Below, piece by piece: positions 8,908 to 20,300 of a stretch of DNA of 64,000 bases (positions are counted from its first letter, which is position 1; every line of letters starts with the position of its first letter). This stretch comes from a virus. The notes below the pieces were generated by a model. It worked only from the letters and a program-made list of their open reading frames with translations. It was not told the origin of the DNA and did not search any database. The stretch is taken from the IMG/VR virus record IMGVR_UViG_3300028394_000040. The stretch is one strand, 5' to 3'. A program made the position numbers and the translations under genes.

Positions 8908-10641
8908 TTATTGACCAAATGTAGCACCTGTTGGTGTAATATTGAAGTCAATTAAGATATACTCAGATGTCTTAGTTGGCTGTAAATAAATTGCACCTAC
9001 TAATTGGTTTCTGTCGATTACATCAGGTGTATTGTTAGTATCATCCATTACTACTTTAAATGCATACAATCCTTGTTTTTGTTGTACGTACTGTAAGTAT
9101 GGATTAACTTGGTTCAAGAAGTTATTTCTTGTTGCTTGAGTATTCGGTTCAAATAATAAAGTCTGAGAGATTTGATTAATTTGAGTCTTAAGAGCGATTA
9201 ACAATCTACGTACATTTACTCTGTCTAGAGCAGATGGTTTAGATTGTAATGTCTTTTGACCATAAATTACTGATCCTTGACCAGGGAATAAAGCGATTGG
9301 ATTTACTTTAGATTGGTATAAAGTATCTCTTTGTGCTGAAGATAATCTACGTTCTGGTTGAATTACTGTTGGTAAACCACCTCTGTTAAGACCAGCTGGT
9401 GCAAACCATTCTTGTCCTACTCTATCGTTATATTCGTATGCTGCAGGTATTACTGTAGATGCTGGGCAGAAGAATAGTTTTCCTGTCTCAGAAGAACGTA
9501 ATTGAACCCAAGGCCAATATGTTGCTGCATAACTATTATCTATTGATGTAGATTGTCCAGTTGCAGAATTAATCGTCTGTCCATAAGCAACAGTATCTAT
9601 TACTGCTATTGCGTCTCCTCTATTAGAAGCTAACGATATTAATGAGTTAACTGTAGAAGGAGCATTTTGTAAAGTAATACCAGGTGCAAAAATTACTTTA
9701 AATGAATAAGCATCTTTATTAGCTAACAAACTAATAGCTACATTGTAATCAGCAGCCGCTACTCCTTGTATATCGTTACCTGTCGTAGATGGAATTCTAT
9801 CGTATAATTTTATAGAAGCACTTACTGTTCCAGTAGCTCCACCAAAACATCCGTTATTTGAACCAGAACCTATTGTAGGAATAGAAGCTGTATAAGCTGC
9901 TACTGCTACCTGTCCTTGGGTATTTAAATAATTAGGTGTTGGTAAATTAACACTCTTTACATGAATATATCTACTGTTGTTATTATATGAACCGCTAGTA
10001 GCTAAGTAGTAATTTCCTGATTCATCTACTGTAGGTACAGTGAATTGATTACCTAAAACGTATTCTACGTAGTTATTTGAATTAGGGTCTAAAGACAATC
10101 CAGCCCAAGTTTCTAATACAGTTTTATTAGCCGAGTAATCGTCACCTCGTCTTACAATTATAGAAAATTGTCCGGATCCAGTGTCGGCAGCTGTTACTTC
10201 CCATCTTACATTAGTAATTGAACCACTTACCAAAGAACCAGATACTACACCTAAAGAAGCGCTGAAATCGTTATTCATTGATAACCCTTCAGAATTAGTC
10301 TCTAACGTTAATGCTGTTCCTGCTGTAGCTCCTAAAGAAGCAGTAGCAAAGTTATAAGAACCAGAAGCTACTCTAGTTACTAATAATGACTCTCCTCCTT
10401 GTTGGAAGTAGCTAAATGCAGCCATTGAAGTCAAATATTCGAAACTAGCACCACCGCTAGTAAATAAAGCACCAAATTTAGATTTATAATCTGAATAAGA
10501 AGTTACTAATGTAGGTTCGTTTACTACACCAATAACTGTTGGGCCAACGATTGCTGCCCCTACTGTAATAGGTCCTTGAGTAATTTGGGATGTATCATTC
10601 TCATTTAAGAATACCCCAGGGGATATTAAAGTTTCTGCCAT
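8908..10641 (-). CDS. gp18: Tail sheath protein (T4 gp18-like)
   Basis: N-terminal ISPGVFLNEND; WFAPAGLNRG; GQKTLQ..ALDRVNVRRLL; LFEPN; IYLQPTKTSEYI. Confidence 0.95.
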   Translation of the reverse strand: MAETLISPGVFLNENDTSQITQGPITVGAAIVGPTVIGVVNEPTLVTSYSDYKSKFGALFTSGGASFEYLTSMAAFSYFQQGGESLLVTRVASGSYNFATASLGATAGTALTLETNSEGLSMNNDFSASLGVVSGSLVSGSITNVRWEVTAADTGSGQFSIIVRRGDDYSANKTVLETWAGLSLDPNSNNYVEYVLGNQFTVPTVDESGNYYLATSGSYNNNSRYIHVKSVNLPTPNYLNTQGQVAVAAYTASIPTIGSGSNNGCFGGATGTVSASIKLYDRIPSTTGNDIQGVAAADYNVAISLLANKDAYSFKVIFAPGITLQNAPSTVNSLISLASNRGDAIAVIDTVAYGQTINSATGQSTSIDNSYAATYWPWVQLRSSETGKLFFCPASTVIPAAYEYNDRVGQEWFAPAGLNRGGLPTVIQPERRLSSAQRDTLYQSKVNPIALFPGQGSVIYGQKTLQSKPSALDRVNVRRLLIALKTQINQISQTLLFEPNTQATRNNFLNQVNPYLQYVQQKQGLYAFKVVMDDTNNTPDVIDRNQLVGAIYLQPTKTSEYILIDFNITPTGATFGQ

Positions 10642-10661
10642 GTCTAATTGAATTGTCTTAT

Positions 10662-10669
10662 TATAAATA
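10662..10669 (-). promoter_or_regulatory. TATTTATA motif upstream of the sheath gene (representative of about 18 copies)
   Basis: The same motif occurs intergenically at 6670, 7744, 8441, 11182, 11716, 20874, 35085, 39317, 42222, 44547, 46236, 48189, 51381, 54345, 56747, 59432 and 61920. Confidence 0.7.
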
Positions 10670-10691
10670 TACTATAATATGGCAAAACCGA

Positions 10692-10964
10692 TTACTGAGG
10701 TACTATTATTCCTGTCTCCAAGTCTACAGATGTACCACCGTATTTTTCTATAAGGCTGTCTGAAAATTCCTTCTCAGATTTACTTAACGTTTTTATATGT
10801 TGTTCGGCAATTTTAATCTCATTTTCAATTGACTTTAATTGCTTTTCAACCATATACTTTTGAAGATGTACTTGCCCTAAATCATATACTGATTTAGTAA
10901 AGTTTATTTCGAAAGTTTTTAATTGTTCTAATTCTTCTGGCGTAACTTTAGTTTCTGTAGACAT
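10692..10964 (-). CDS. Small coiled-coil protein, possibly a fibre assembly chaperone
   Basis: Heptad-rich, ends KYGGTSVDLETG; directly downstream of the fibre array. Confidence 0.55.
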   Translation of the reverse strand: MSTETKVTPEELEQLKTFEINFTKSVYDLGQVHLQKYMVEKQLKSIENEIKIAEQHIKTLSKSEKEFSDSLIEKYGGTSVDLETGIIVPQ

Positions 10965-10965
10965 T

Positions 10966-11169
10966 CTATGCTGTTAGATTTTGATTTGACTCATTTAATT
11001 CGATTGCTTTGTATAAGCGACCAGTCTCGTCAGCAGCTTGTAATTCTGCTGCTTTAGCTTCTGCTTCTTCATACGTAGCATATTCGTAAATAGGATCTTC
11101 AGGTGTCAATCTAGCCACCCAAATATTATCAACTCCAGGAATAAATTCCATTACTACGATGTACTGCAT
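10966..11169 (-). CDS. Hypothetical protein
   Basis: 67 aa, preceded by the TATTTAT motif at 11182-11189. Confidence 0.55.
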   Translation of the reverse strand: MQYIVVMEFIPGVDNIWVARLTPEDPIYEYATYEEAEAKAAELQAADETGRLYKAIELNESNQNLTA

Positions 11170-11192
11170 AATATTTTTATTTATAAATATAA

Positions 11193-11690
11193 TTACTCTG
11201 CTGTAACCTCAGCAGACGGTTCTTCTATTGGGGTAATAACTAAGTACTTATAGACTAAAGGATAGTTATCGGTAGTATTAACGTCTTTTAAGTCTTCTAA
11301 CTTAATTTCCTTAATAGAGACTTCTTTTTCGTTAGAAACTAAGAATTCGTTATATTCATTCATAAACTTTATATACTCTTCAGTGTAGTACATAGGTTCT
11401 GTAGAATCTTCCGGGTTTTTCTTAGGTTGTGCAACAGGAATAAATAATTCTCCATTCTCATTCTCCTTGCCGTATTGTTTGATTAACTCTTGACGAACAG
11501 CCTCAATAGACTTCTCTTCTTCAGCTAGAGTATTAACTAAACTGTCTAACCAGTACTTTACTGTTGTAATAGGTAGTTTTTGGGCTAGTAAGCCTTCTAA
11601 ACGTACTTCACCTGTTTCTTGATTTTTAGCTCCTTGAAGTTCGGCTTTTAAATCTAAAATTTCAAATAATTTTAACGATATTTTTTTCAT
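11193..11690 (-). CDS. Hypothetical acidic helical protein, possibly a fibre chaperone
   Basis: 165 aa, RQELIKQYG motif; preceded by the TATTTAT motif. Confidence 0.55.
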   Translation of the reverse strand: MKKISLKLFEILDLKAELQGAKNQETGEVRLEGLLAQKLPITTVKYWLDSLVNTLAEEEKSIEAVRQELIKQYGKENENGELFIPVAQPKKNPEDSTEPMYYTEEYIKFMNEYNEFLVSNEKEVSIKEIKLEDLKDVNTTDNYPLVYKYLVITPIEEPSAEVTAE

Positions 11691-11865
11691 AATAATCTTT
11701 ATAACTTTGTTTACATATAAATATATAAAATTTTACTAAAACAATCCAAGGTACTTATATTTTTATTAATAAGCAGGGCTAACATTATTTATCCCTAAAC
11801 GACTATTTGCTAAATCAGCCGTTAGTATATTGGTTAAACTATATTGATTGGATATTTTTGTCATC

Positions 11866-14190
11866 TTATTTTGCTTTTAATGGTTCTACTATTACTTTAC
11901 CTTGTTCATCTGTCCATTCTGTATCCATCATATGTTTATCTTTTCTTTCTCCTATTACCATCCACGATATCTCATCTGTTGAATTTTGATTCTGACTTTC
12001 TATATAAATAATATTACCTATTACTTTTCCTTTTACTAAATCCCATCCATTCTCATTGGTGGTAAAACATTGAACTTCTCTACATAATGCTTCAAAAGTT
12101 CCTTCTGTCATTGTTGACACCTCATCAATATTAGCTTGAGCCTTACCATTAACAAGAGTTAACTTGCCTCTATAAATTAAGTCTGCTTGAGGACCTTCAA
12201 TAAATGAGTGAACTAATTGATGTGTATCAGGTTTTAATGGATGGTCTATTCTAAATGAACCTGAACCTTTAGATAATGAGCCTGCAACTACAACATTGCC
12301 AGCTGAAGTAACTCTTAATGCATTAGTTCCTGACATATAATTATATGCATTTAAACTATCATCATTATTTAGTACCCATTGATATTTTGCAGTACCAGCT
12401 CTTTTTAATATAAATCCAGTTTGACTTGAACTACCACCATTCATTTCGATAAAACAACTAGCAGATGAATTAATATTTACTAATTCAGGTGTAGTTGCAG
12501 TGCCAATTCCAATGTTACCAGTAGAGCCAATAACAAAATCACTTTGTACTCCAGTACTTGTTCCTCTTCCTAAAACAACATTATTTGAGTAAGCATTTAT
12601 TCCTCCTAAAGTTGTTCCACCATCTCCACTAAATTGAAGAGGGGCATATGTTCCACTTACAATAAATCTTGAACCTACTTCACTACCTCCAACAAGATGT
12701 AATTTATAACTTGGCGAACTCGTTCCAATACCTACGTTGCCAGCAGAGGTAATCGTTAAAGGAGTAGTCCAAGTTATTGCATTACCAGCGGTTCCAGTTA
12801 TCGCCGATTTAAAACTTAATGCTCCCGCCGATAATTGTAATTGCGAAGCAGTATTAGAACCTATATATTTCCATCCAGCATTATAATAAGCATTTACTGA
12901 TAATGCAGTTTCATATCCTCCATATTCATAAATACTTGCCGATTTTACTTGCAATACATTTTCTGTACCTCCTGCCCAAGCACTTGGAGTACTAGCTATT
13001 CCAACATTACTCGAAAACGTGGCTGCTCCTGTCACCCTCGCAGTACCTGTCACATCTAATTTATATCCTGCCCCCGTAGTAGTTCCTCCTAAAAGAAGGT
13101 TACCGTAAATTGCGGTGTCTGTTGTAGAACTATTACCAAGTACAGTAGTGTTAGAGCCAAGACCTGTAGCATCGTATCCGATTACTATTTGATTAGTTTG
13201 GTTGTTTGCTAAAGGAGATGCTTGAAAACCAATCATTATACTATTATCTAAAATAGTAGCTCCAGTTGACTTATTAGCAATAAACCTGCCTGCACTTCTT
13301 CCTATGAAAATATTATATGCACCTGTAGTATTACTAAATCCTGCTACTGAACCTAAATAAGAATTATAATTTCCTGTTGTATTAGCAGCCCCTGTATTTG
13401 AGCCTAAAAAGACATTATCAGAACCTGATGTATTATTACCGCCGGCACTATATCCAAAAAATACATTACTTGCACCTACAGAATTTGAATATCCAGAATA
13501 ATACCCAACAAAGGAATTAAAATTTCCTACTGTAGTACTGTATCCAGAGCCTAGACCTATACTCGTATTAGCAGTTCCTGTAACGTTTGTATAGCCAGCA
13601 TCTTTCCCAATAAATGTATTACTGGTTCCTGTTGTATTTGCTTGTCCTGCTTCAGATCCAACAACTGTATTAAAACTACCAGAACTATTTACTAACGCTC
13701 GATAACCAATAGCTGTATTGTTATTAGTTGTTGCATTATTAAGTGAAGCAGAAGCACCAAATGCTGTATTATAATTACCTGTAGTATTATTTAGCATTGC
13801 TCGAAACCCTACAGCTGTATTATTAACTATATCACCACCTCCTCTACCTAGATTTACATCATCTACAGCTAAACTACCAGTTATAGCTACTGAACCGGTA
13901 AATAAATGAGTATCCGTTAACAAAGAGCCAAACCTAGTAGAGCCTGTGACAAAATCGATTGATGATGTAATAGTCTGTACCACCAAGGTCTGTGCCGTAA
14001 GCGTTCCTTGCACTACCTGTGCACCAGTAAAGGTGTTTGAGCCTGTAGTAGCGTAACTACCTGTTTGAGCTATAAGAGCATCTACTTTGCTATTAGAAGA
14101 TGCTGTATAAGCATTAAGGTTAGCTGTAGTAGCAACTCCAACACCGTTTAAGTTTAAAGAACCGGTAACAGATATGTTTTGGTGTTTCAT
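11866..14190 (-). CDS. Tail fibre/spike 10: beta-roll (NTAxG) repeats and a C-terminal chaperone-like domain
   Basis: Shared TAQTLVVQTITSS..TGS core; NTAVGFRA/NTAFGASA/NTFIGKDAG repeats; GNVGIGT repeats; C-terminal SKGSGSFRIDHPL..LVHSFIEGP. Confidence 0.75.
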   Translation of the reverse strand: MKHQNISVTGSLNLNGVGVATTANLNAYTASSNSKVDALIAQTGSYATTGSNTFTGAQVVQGTLTAQTLVVQTITSSIDFVTGSTRFGSLLTDTHLFTGSVAITGSLAVDDVNLGRGGGDIVNNTAVGFRAMLNNTTGNYNTAFGASASLNNATTNNNTAIGYRALVNSSGSFNTVVGSEAGQANTTGTSNTFIGKDAGYTNVTGTANTSIGLGSGYSTTVGNFNSFVGYYSGYSNSVGASNVFFGYSAGGNNTSGSDNVFLGSNTGAANTTGNYNSYLGSVAGFSNTTGAYNIFIGRSAGRFIANKSTGATILDNSIMIGFQASPLANNQTNQIVIGYDATGLGSNTTVLGNSSTTDTAIYGNLLLGGTTTGAGYKLDVTGTARVTGAATFSSNVGIASTPSAWAGGTENVLQVKSASIYEYGGYETALSVNAYYNAGWKYIGSNTASQLQLSAGALSFKSAITGTAGNAITWTTPLTITSAGNVGIGTSSPSYKLHLVGGSEVGSRFIVSGTYAPLQFSGDGGTTLGGINAYSNNVVLGRGTSTGVQSDFVIGSTGNIGIGTATTPELVNINSSASCFIEMNGGSSSQTGFILKRAGTAKYQWVLNNDDSLNAYNYMSGTNALRVTSAGNVVVAGSLSKGSGSFRIDHPLKPDTHQLVHSFIEGPQADLIYRGKLTLVNGKAQANIDEVSTMTEGTFEALCREVQCFTTNENGWDLVKGKVIGNIIYIESQNQNSTDEISWMVIGERKDKHMMDTEWTDEQGKVIVEPLKAK

Positions 14191-14210
14191 TGTAAATTTT
14201 TATTGTCTTA

Positions 14211-15758
14211 TTATTTATTTTCTAATAGGGTTACTTTGGCTGAAAGTTCTTTTATAGCCTCTATTAATACAGGAATAATTTGATTATAAGAAACTCCTTT
14301 AATCCCATCAGTACAAGTACTAACGGCATACGGAAGTATTTTTTCAACCTCTTGAGCAATTACTCCATATTGATATTCATCATCTGCTTTCCACTGGTAA
14401 GAATAACCATTTAATTCCATTAATTTATCAATAGGATTATCAATGATTTGAAGGTTTTTCTTCAATCTTAAATCTGAGTTAGCAGTTATATTTCCCGTTG
14501 CATAAATAGCACCCGACACATAAAGCCTATATCCTCCATCGGTCAAAGTTCCCATTGAATTATTACCGTTTGTGTGAAGACATATTTGTCCATCAGTGCT
14601 ACTTGCTCTTAATTCAAATTTAGTATAAGTAGATAATGCCTCATTAATACCAACAAGAGAATAATATGAAGTATTGCCAGTTGTACCAAACATTCCAATG
14701 CTTGAATTACCAAAGAAAACATTACCACTAACTTGTAATTTAGTGCCAGTTGAATTACTTGTTGTTGTATTTATTAATACATTTCCATTAAAGGTAATAG
14801 CATTTGTAGATTTAATAATCTTCATTGCCATTGTACCATTACTATTGTATAACTCAAAGTTATTATCCTCTGAAGCTGCACCATTACCTAAATACCATTG
14901 ACTAACTCCACTTTGTTGAAATTCTATACTTGCTCCTTTATTTACTACACCATTTAAAAGTAATTTTACATTAGTTGCTGCAACTGCGCTACCAATTATT
15001 ACGTTGCCAGCAGCAGTAATGCGCATTTTTTCATTCCCATTAGTACCAAATCGCAAATTACCATTCATATTATTTCTAATGAATGTATCGGTAGCACTAT
15101 CTCCTCCAACAAATAATTCTAAATTACCAGTTGTATTTCTAAGTTGAATACCAGCATAAGCAGAACTACCTCCGACTGAAATACCAACCGTTGTAGCAAC
15201 ACCAAAATTAAGATTTGTTGTAGCGCCAATCCCAATGCTTGTTCCATCATCATAAATTGCACTATTCCCTATCGTACCACTTGCTGTAAACTTAGGCACA
15301 TAGTTAGCAGTACCGCTTCCTACTACGGCAGTAGTTCCGTTTATAGCTAAGCTACCTGTTATACCTACGCTTCCGGTAAGCTCTTGTACATTACTCAATG
15401 AAGAACCGATCTTATTACTACCGGTAGTAAATAAGACAGAAGACGTTACTGTCTGTACTATAAGGGTTTGTGCTGTAATAGAACCTAAAACCGTAGCATT
15501 ATTACGTACATATAATGTATCTGCCGAAGATGCAGTCATGGCATTAGAGCCAGTCAATGCATTTAATCCATAGCTAGAAGAAACGGCTGTTGTTGCAAAA
15601 GAAGCAGTACCGCTTAAAGTAGTAGTACCTAATGTTAACGTTGTAACAGAAGAGAAATCTAAAGCAGATCCAGAGAACGACATAGCTCCTGCATTAGAGG
15701 CAGATATCTGTGCTACTACCGTTCCGCTATTATTTTTAAATCGAAATTGTCCTGCCAT
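14211..15758 (-). CDS. Tail fibre/spike 9 with C-terminal peptidase S74 intramolecular chaperone
   Basis: NSDLRLKKNL..GVIAQEVEKILP..VSYNQIIPVLIEAIKEL. Confidence 0.85.
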   Translation of the reverse strand: MAGQFRFKNNSGTVVAQISASNAGAMSFSGSALDFSSVTTLTLGTTTLSGTASFATTAVSSSYGLNALTGSNAMTASSADTLYVRNNATVLGSITAQTLIVQTVTSSVLFTTGSNKIGSSLSNVQELTGSVGITGSLAINGTTAVVGSGTANYVPKFTASGTIGNSAIYDDGTSIGIGATTNLNFGVATTVGISVGGSSAYAGIQLRNTTGNLELFVGGDSATDTFIRNNMNGNLRFGTNGNEKMRITAAGNVIIGSAVAATNVKLLLNGVVNKGASIEFQQSGVSQWYLGNGAASEDNNFELYNSNGTMAMKIIKSTNAITFNGNVLINTTTSNSTGTKLQVSGNVFFGNSSIGMFGTTGNTSYYSLVGINEALSTYTKFELRASSTDGQICLHTNGNNSMGTLTDGGYRLYVSGAIYATGNITANSDLRLKKNLQIIDNPIDKLMELNGYSYQWKADDEYQYGVIAQEVEKILPYAVSTCTDGIKGVSYNQIIPVLIEAIKELSAKVTLLENK

Positions 15759-15761
15759 TTA

Positions 15762-17390
15762 TTATTTATTTTTTAATATTTCTATTTCTTCTTGCTGTAA
15801 ATCTATCTTTGCTGAAAGCTCTTGGATGGCTTTGGTTAATATTGGGACTAATTTAGAATAGTCTACTGCTTGTGGTTTAATAGTAGTATCCTCATTTATT
15901 GCGTCTTTTTCCCCAAATACCATATATGGTAATAATTCTTGTAGTTCGTGTGCTTTAACTCCGTATGCCCTTGTATTATCAATAGACCAAGCATAATTAT
16001 AAGTCTTAATTGCATTAATTAAACTTAATCCATTATAATCTTTAAAATCAGTTTTAAGTCTGTAATCTGAAGATGTATTGAAAGCAGTTGCTGATGTAGT
16101 TACTGTAATTGAACCAACATCTACATTGTTTCTTCTTATTCCCATAAATAAACCATCAGTAGTAGTTCTATTCCCATAAAACACATAACCTGTTCCTTCT
16201 ACCTGAATACTACTACCTGCTAATGTTGTCCCACTTGTGTTAGTTAAACCAGCATCTGTTCTACCTATCAATAGACTCCCCATTCTCATAGACATAACAT
16301 CGTAAATATTAGCCCCGACTTTCTGAGCAAATGTCCAAGTAATACCACCTGCCCCAGCATCTGTTGGATAGACATTCATATAATAAGAGGCTGGGCTAAC
16401 TTTAGTTGTTAATTTTAATGCATCCCCACTGTAATTATCTGGTGAAGCTGCTGTAATACTACTTGCATACGTGGCGGCACCAGTAGAATTAACTGCAAAT
16501 TTAGATGTCGTAGTTCCTCCATACCAAGTCAAACTTGGAGTTCCACCAGTATTATAATTTATATCAAAATTATATGAAGCATCACCTCCTAATTTTGTAT
16601 TAGTTAAATAAATATTATTTCCAGCCAAAACGGTTATGGGTCCATTAACAGTTAAAGTTGTAGTAGGAGAACTCGTCCCAATCCCTACGCTGCCAGCAGA
16701 GGTGATTCGTACTGCATTCGTAATAGTTCCTGCTCTAAGAGTACGAATGTTTAAATATCCATTAGTTGCACTTTCATATTCTCCTGATATAGCAGCATAC
16801 CTAGTTGTTCCACTGCCAAAATCTATTTGCCCGCCATTTGTTGAGCCTGAACCATAAACTTCAATACCAGCATATCCAGAACCTCCAGATGGTGCTAATA
16901 TTGTTAATGCCCTACTGTAAAGACCTAGGTTTAAAATTGTTGTTCCAATACCAACATTTGTCCCATCATCATAAATCAAACTATTTCCTATCGTATTACT
17001 TGCAGTAAACTTAGGCACATAGTTTGCTGTACCACTACCTACTACAGCAGTAGTCCCGTTTATAGCTAAACTACCAGTTATACCAACGCTACCTGTTAAC
17101 TGTTGTACGTTACTCAAAGAAGAGCCAATGATATTGCTCCCAGTAGTAAATAAGACAGAAGATGTTATAGTCTGTATTATTAAAGTCTGTGCAGTTATAT
17201 TACCTGTAGCTGTAATGCTGCCGGATATAATTTGAGAACCAGAAAAGTAATTAGAGCCAGTTAAAGCATAGGAACCTGTCTTCTGTACTAGATTATTGAC
17301 ACTTGAAGTAGTGGCATACGTAGACAAGTCTTGTAATGAAGTTCCATTATAATTTAAACTACCTGTAATTAAAGGAGCATCTATTCTCAT
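15762..17390 (-). CDS. Tail fibre/spike 8 with peptidase S74 chaperone
   Basis: TSSDYRLKTD..GVKAHELQE..VDYSKLVPILTKAIQEL. Confidence 0.85.
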   Translation of the reverse strand: MRIDAPLITGSLNYNGTSLQDLSTYATTSSVNNLVQKTGSYALTGSNYFSGSQIISGSITATGNITAQTLIIQTITSSVLFTTGSNIIGSSLSNVQQLTGSVGITGSLAINGTTAVVGSGTANYVPKFTASNTIGNSLIYDDGTNVGIGTTILNLGLYSRALTILAPSGGSGYAGIEVYGSGSTNGGQIDFGSGTTRYAAISGEYESATNGYLNIRTLRAGTITNAVRITSAGSVGIGTSSPTTTLTVNGPITVLAGNNIYLTNTKLGGDASYNFDINYNTGGTPSLTWYGGTTTSKFAVNSTGAATYASSITAASPDNYSGDALKLTTKVSPASYYMNVYPTDAGAGGITWTFAQKVGANIYDVMSMRMGSLLIGRTDAGLTNTSGTTLAGSSIQVEGTGYVFYGNRTTTDGLFMGIRRNNVDVGSITVTTSATAFNTSSDYRLKTDFKDYNGLSLINAIKTYNYAWSIDNTRAYGVKAHELQELLPYMVFGEKDAINEDTTIKPQAVDYSKLVPILTKAIQELSAKIDLQQEEIEILKNK

Positions 17391-20300
17391 TAGTTATTTA
17401 TTTTGCTTTCTAAATCTTTTACTTTTGCAGATAACTCTTTAACTGCGTTAACTAGTAATGCTGTTACTTTTGAATAGTCTAACACCATTATTTCTTCTTG
17501 GTTAAATTCTCTATACGAGATTAACTCAGGTTGTACTGCGTATACTTCTTGGGCTACTAATCCAATTTGTTTAGTTTTATCCCCGCTATATTCTGTAATC
17601 CAATCAAAGGTATATCCGTTTAATAATTCTATTTTATCTAAAGCTCCTTCTACTATTTCCAGATTAGTCTTTAATCGTAAATCAGATGTAGTATTAAAGT
17701 TATTAGCATCTACATCCCCGGAGAAGATACCTGAACCTGTTACGTTCATGCTTCCGGAGAATGAATAGTAACCGTTAGATCTATCTACAAATAACGAAGT
17801 AGTTCTAGCCCCTCCTTTAGAGATAATTGCATTACCTGATGTAGGTGTAACAAACGTAACTGTTAAAGTATTTACATCAGTAGCTGTTACTACTTGAGGT
17901 ATCATTAACTGGTCGTTATTATCGTAGATATCTACGTTTACGTACTTGTAATTTAATCCGTGATTAATTACCCAAGAACCAGTAGCACTTGTTTGCGTAA
18001 ATAAAAATCTATCTGCTTGTCCGGTAGAAATACCTCCTACAGAGACGTTAGCGTATCCGGCCTGTGCTACTGTAAAACGAACGCTAGTAGTATTGTTATC
18101 TACGCTGATAATCTCATCAGGTTGAATAACGTACCCTGTACTATCGTAAATTGTAACGTTTGGATAGTTATATTCTAAATTATGATTTACTGACCAAGTA
18201 TTAGCTGCAGAAGTCTGGCTATGTAGATACCTACTGTTATCTATATTAGCATTAGCAAAATCTACTGTACCAGATACAATAAATGTACCAGATACTAGAA
18301 GGCTACCAGTTATAACACCGGAACCAGAGAATGGAAAACCAGATCCGGCACCGCTACCAGAAATATATGATGCTGTAAATGCATACGATGCTGTCTGTGC
18401 GTTTAGTACATACGATGCTGTATATGAATTAGCAGCTTGTGATGCCGATATTGCATTCTGTACATATGAAGCAGTTAAAGCGTTAACAACATAGCTTGCT
18501 GTTTGAGCATTTGCTACATAAGACGCTGTCACTGCGAATGACGCACTCTGCGCATTTAAAACGTAAGATGCAGTAGGTACACTAGTTATCGGAGCCCATG
18601 AAGCAGAGTACGGAGACGCACTTCCTACAGTAAGGACATAGCCGGCGTAAGAAGCCGATATCGTTGGCAAGTCACCTCCTATGGTTGCTAAAGCATATCC
18701 AGAAGAGGCCGAGTCAAATAGTATAGTAGCAGATGCTGTTGTAGCTAAGATAATCGAAGTAGGTATTACCATTTCGAAGTTATCGTCAAAAGCCTGTACC
18801 ATTACGTACCTATCACCTAATGCATGATCAAAAGACCAGGTATTGGCTGTACTAAAGTACTGTCTTGCCGTTCTACCAGTTACTGTAGTAGGTGATCCAA
18901 TATTTGCTATCGCATATCCAGCTACGGCTGAACCGAAAGTTAATGTTAACGTATTAACATCGGTAGCAGTAATCGATTGGGGTACTATTACTTCATTCGA
19001 TGCGTTGTATACAGTTACGTTTGGATAACGATAATTTAACAGGTGATTAAATGTCCAAGTAGCAGATGGAGAAGATTGGGTAAATAATTTACCTCCTGCT
19101 ACTATTCCTGTAATGCCAGATCCGTCTCCAAAAAATGATCCTGTTATACCGCTTCCAGATACATTTAAACTACCAGTAATAACAGCTGAACCGCTAAAAG
19201 GAAAACCTACACCACCTCCTCCTCCGCCGTTTAGAGCAAAAGAAGCTGTTAAAGCATAGGAAGAAGATACTGCGTTGGCTACGAATGATGCTGTTAAGGC
19301 ATTTACTACGTAAGATGCTGTATAAGAATTAGCTGCTTGTGATGCCGATATTGCATTTGTTACATATGATGCTGTTAAGGCATTCACTACGTAAGAAGCA
19401 GTTAAGGCATTTACTACGTAAGAAGCTGTTCTAGCCGTATCTACGTAGCTGGCAGATTGGGCTAATGCTACAAAGGATGCAGTATATGCATTAGCTGCTT
19501 GAGATGCTGAAATTGCATTTACTACGTAAGAAGCAGTTAAAGCGTTTACTACGTAAGATGCTGTTAAAGCAAAAGAAGCAGTAGCCACAGACATCGATGA
19601 TGTTTGATTAGCCGTTATTACGTTAAACCCATTTAACTGTAAAGAACCAGTTATACCAGTAGATCCAGTTATTGCTTGGGTATCTGTTAATTGACTACCT
19701 AGTCTATTAGAACCGCTTGAAAAAACGATTGAGGATGTAATTGTCTGTACTACAAGTGTCTGTGCCGTTAATGTACCCCTTACTGTAAAGTTATCTGCCG
19801 TAGATGCTGTAGCTGCTAAAGAAGCAGATAAGGAATTTACTACGTAAGAAGCAGTCTGTGCATTAGCTACATAAGAAGCAGTAGTTGCTGTACCTAAAAG
19901 GGAGCCTGTAAATCCTAAAGTCGAAGTAACAGAGCCAGAAAAAATAGAAGAGCCAGTTACGCCTAACGATCCTGTAAATTGATGAGTATCTGTTAATAAA
20001 GTACCTACTTTTAAAGTTCCATCCAATCTAGTCGAACCAGATACATAAAATTTAGAAGGTATTGTGTAAATATTTGGGTAGTTAATTGCAACATTACCTG
20101 TAAAGGCTACGTTAGTTCCATTAGCAATTTGAAAAGCTCCACCCGTGGCATCCGAACCTAAGTTAAATACTTGTCCATTATTTGCAGCATTAGTAAATGC
20201 AAAACCACCACCAGGTCTTGATTGCATATAAAAACCTGGACTACTTCCACTAACGAATAATGCTAATTCAGAATAATTTTTTGAATTTATAGTAAGTCTT

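Noticed and set aside
11691-11865. Possible tRNA or ncRNA in the longer intergenic gaps (also 20858-20929, 27720-27774 and 35027-35138)
   Set aside because: Only short AT-rich palindromes were found (AAGTATACTT, TGTCTA-TC-TAGACA). There is no cloverleaf or convincing structure.
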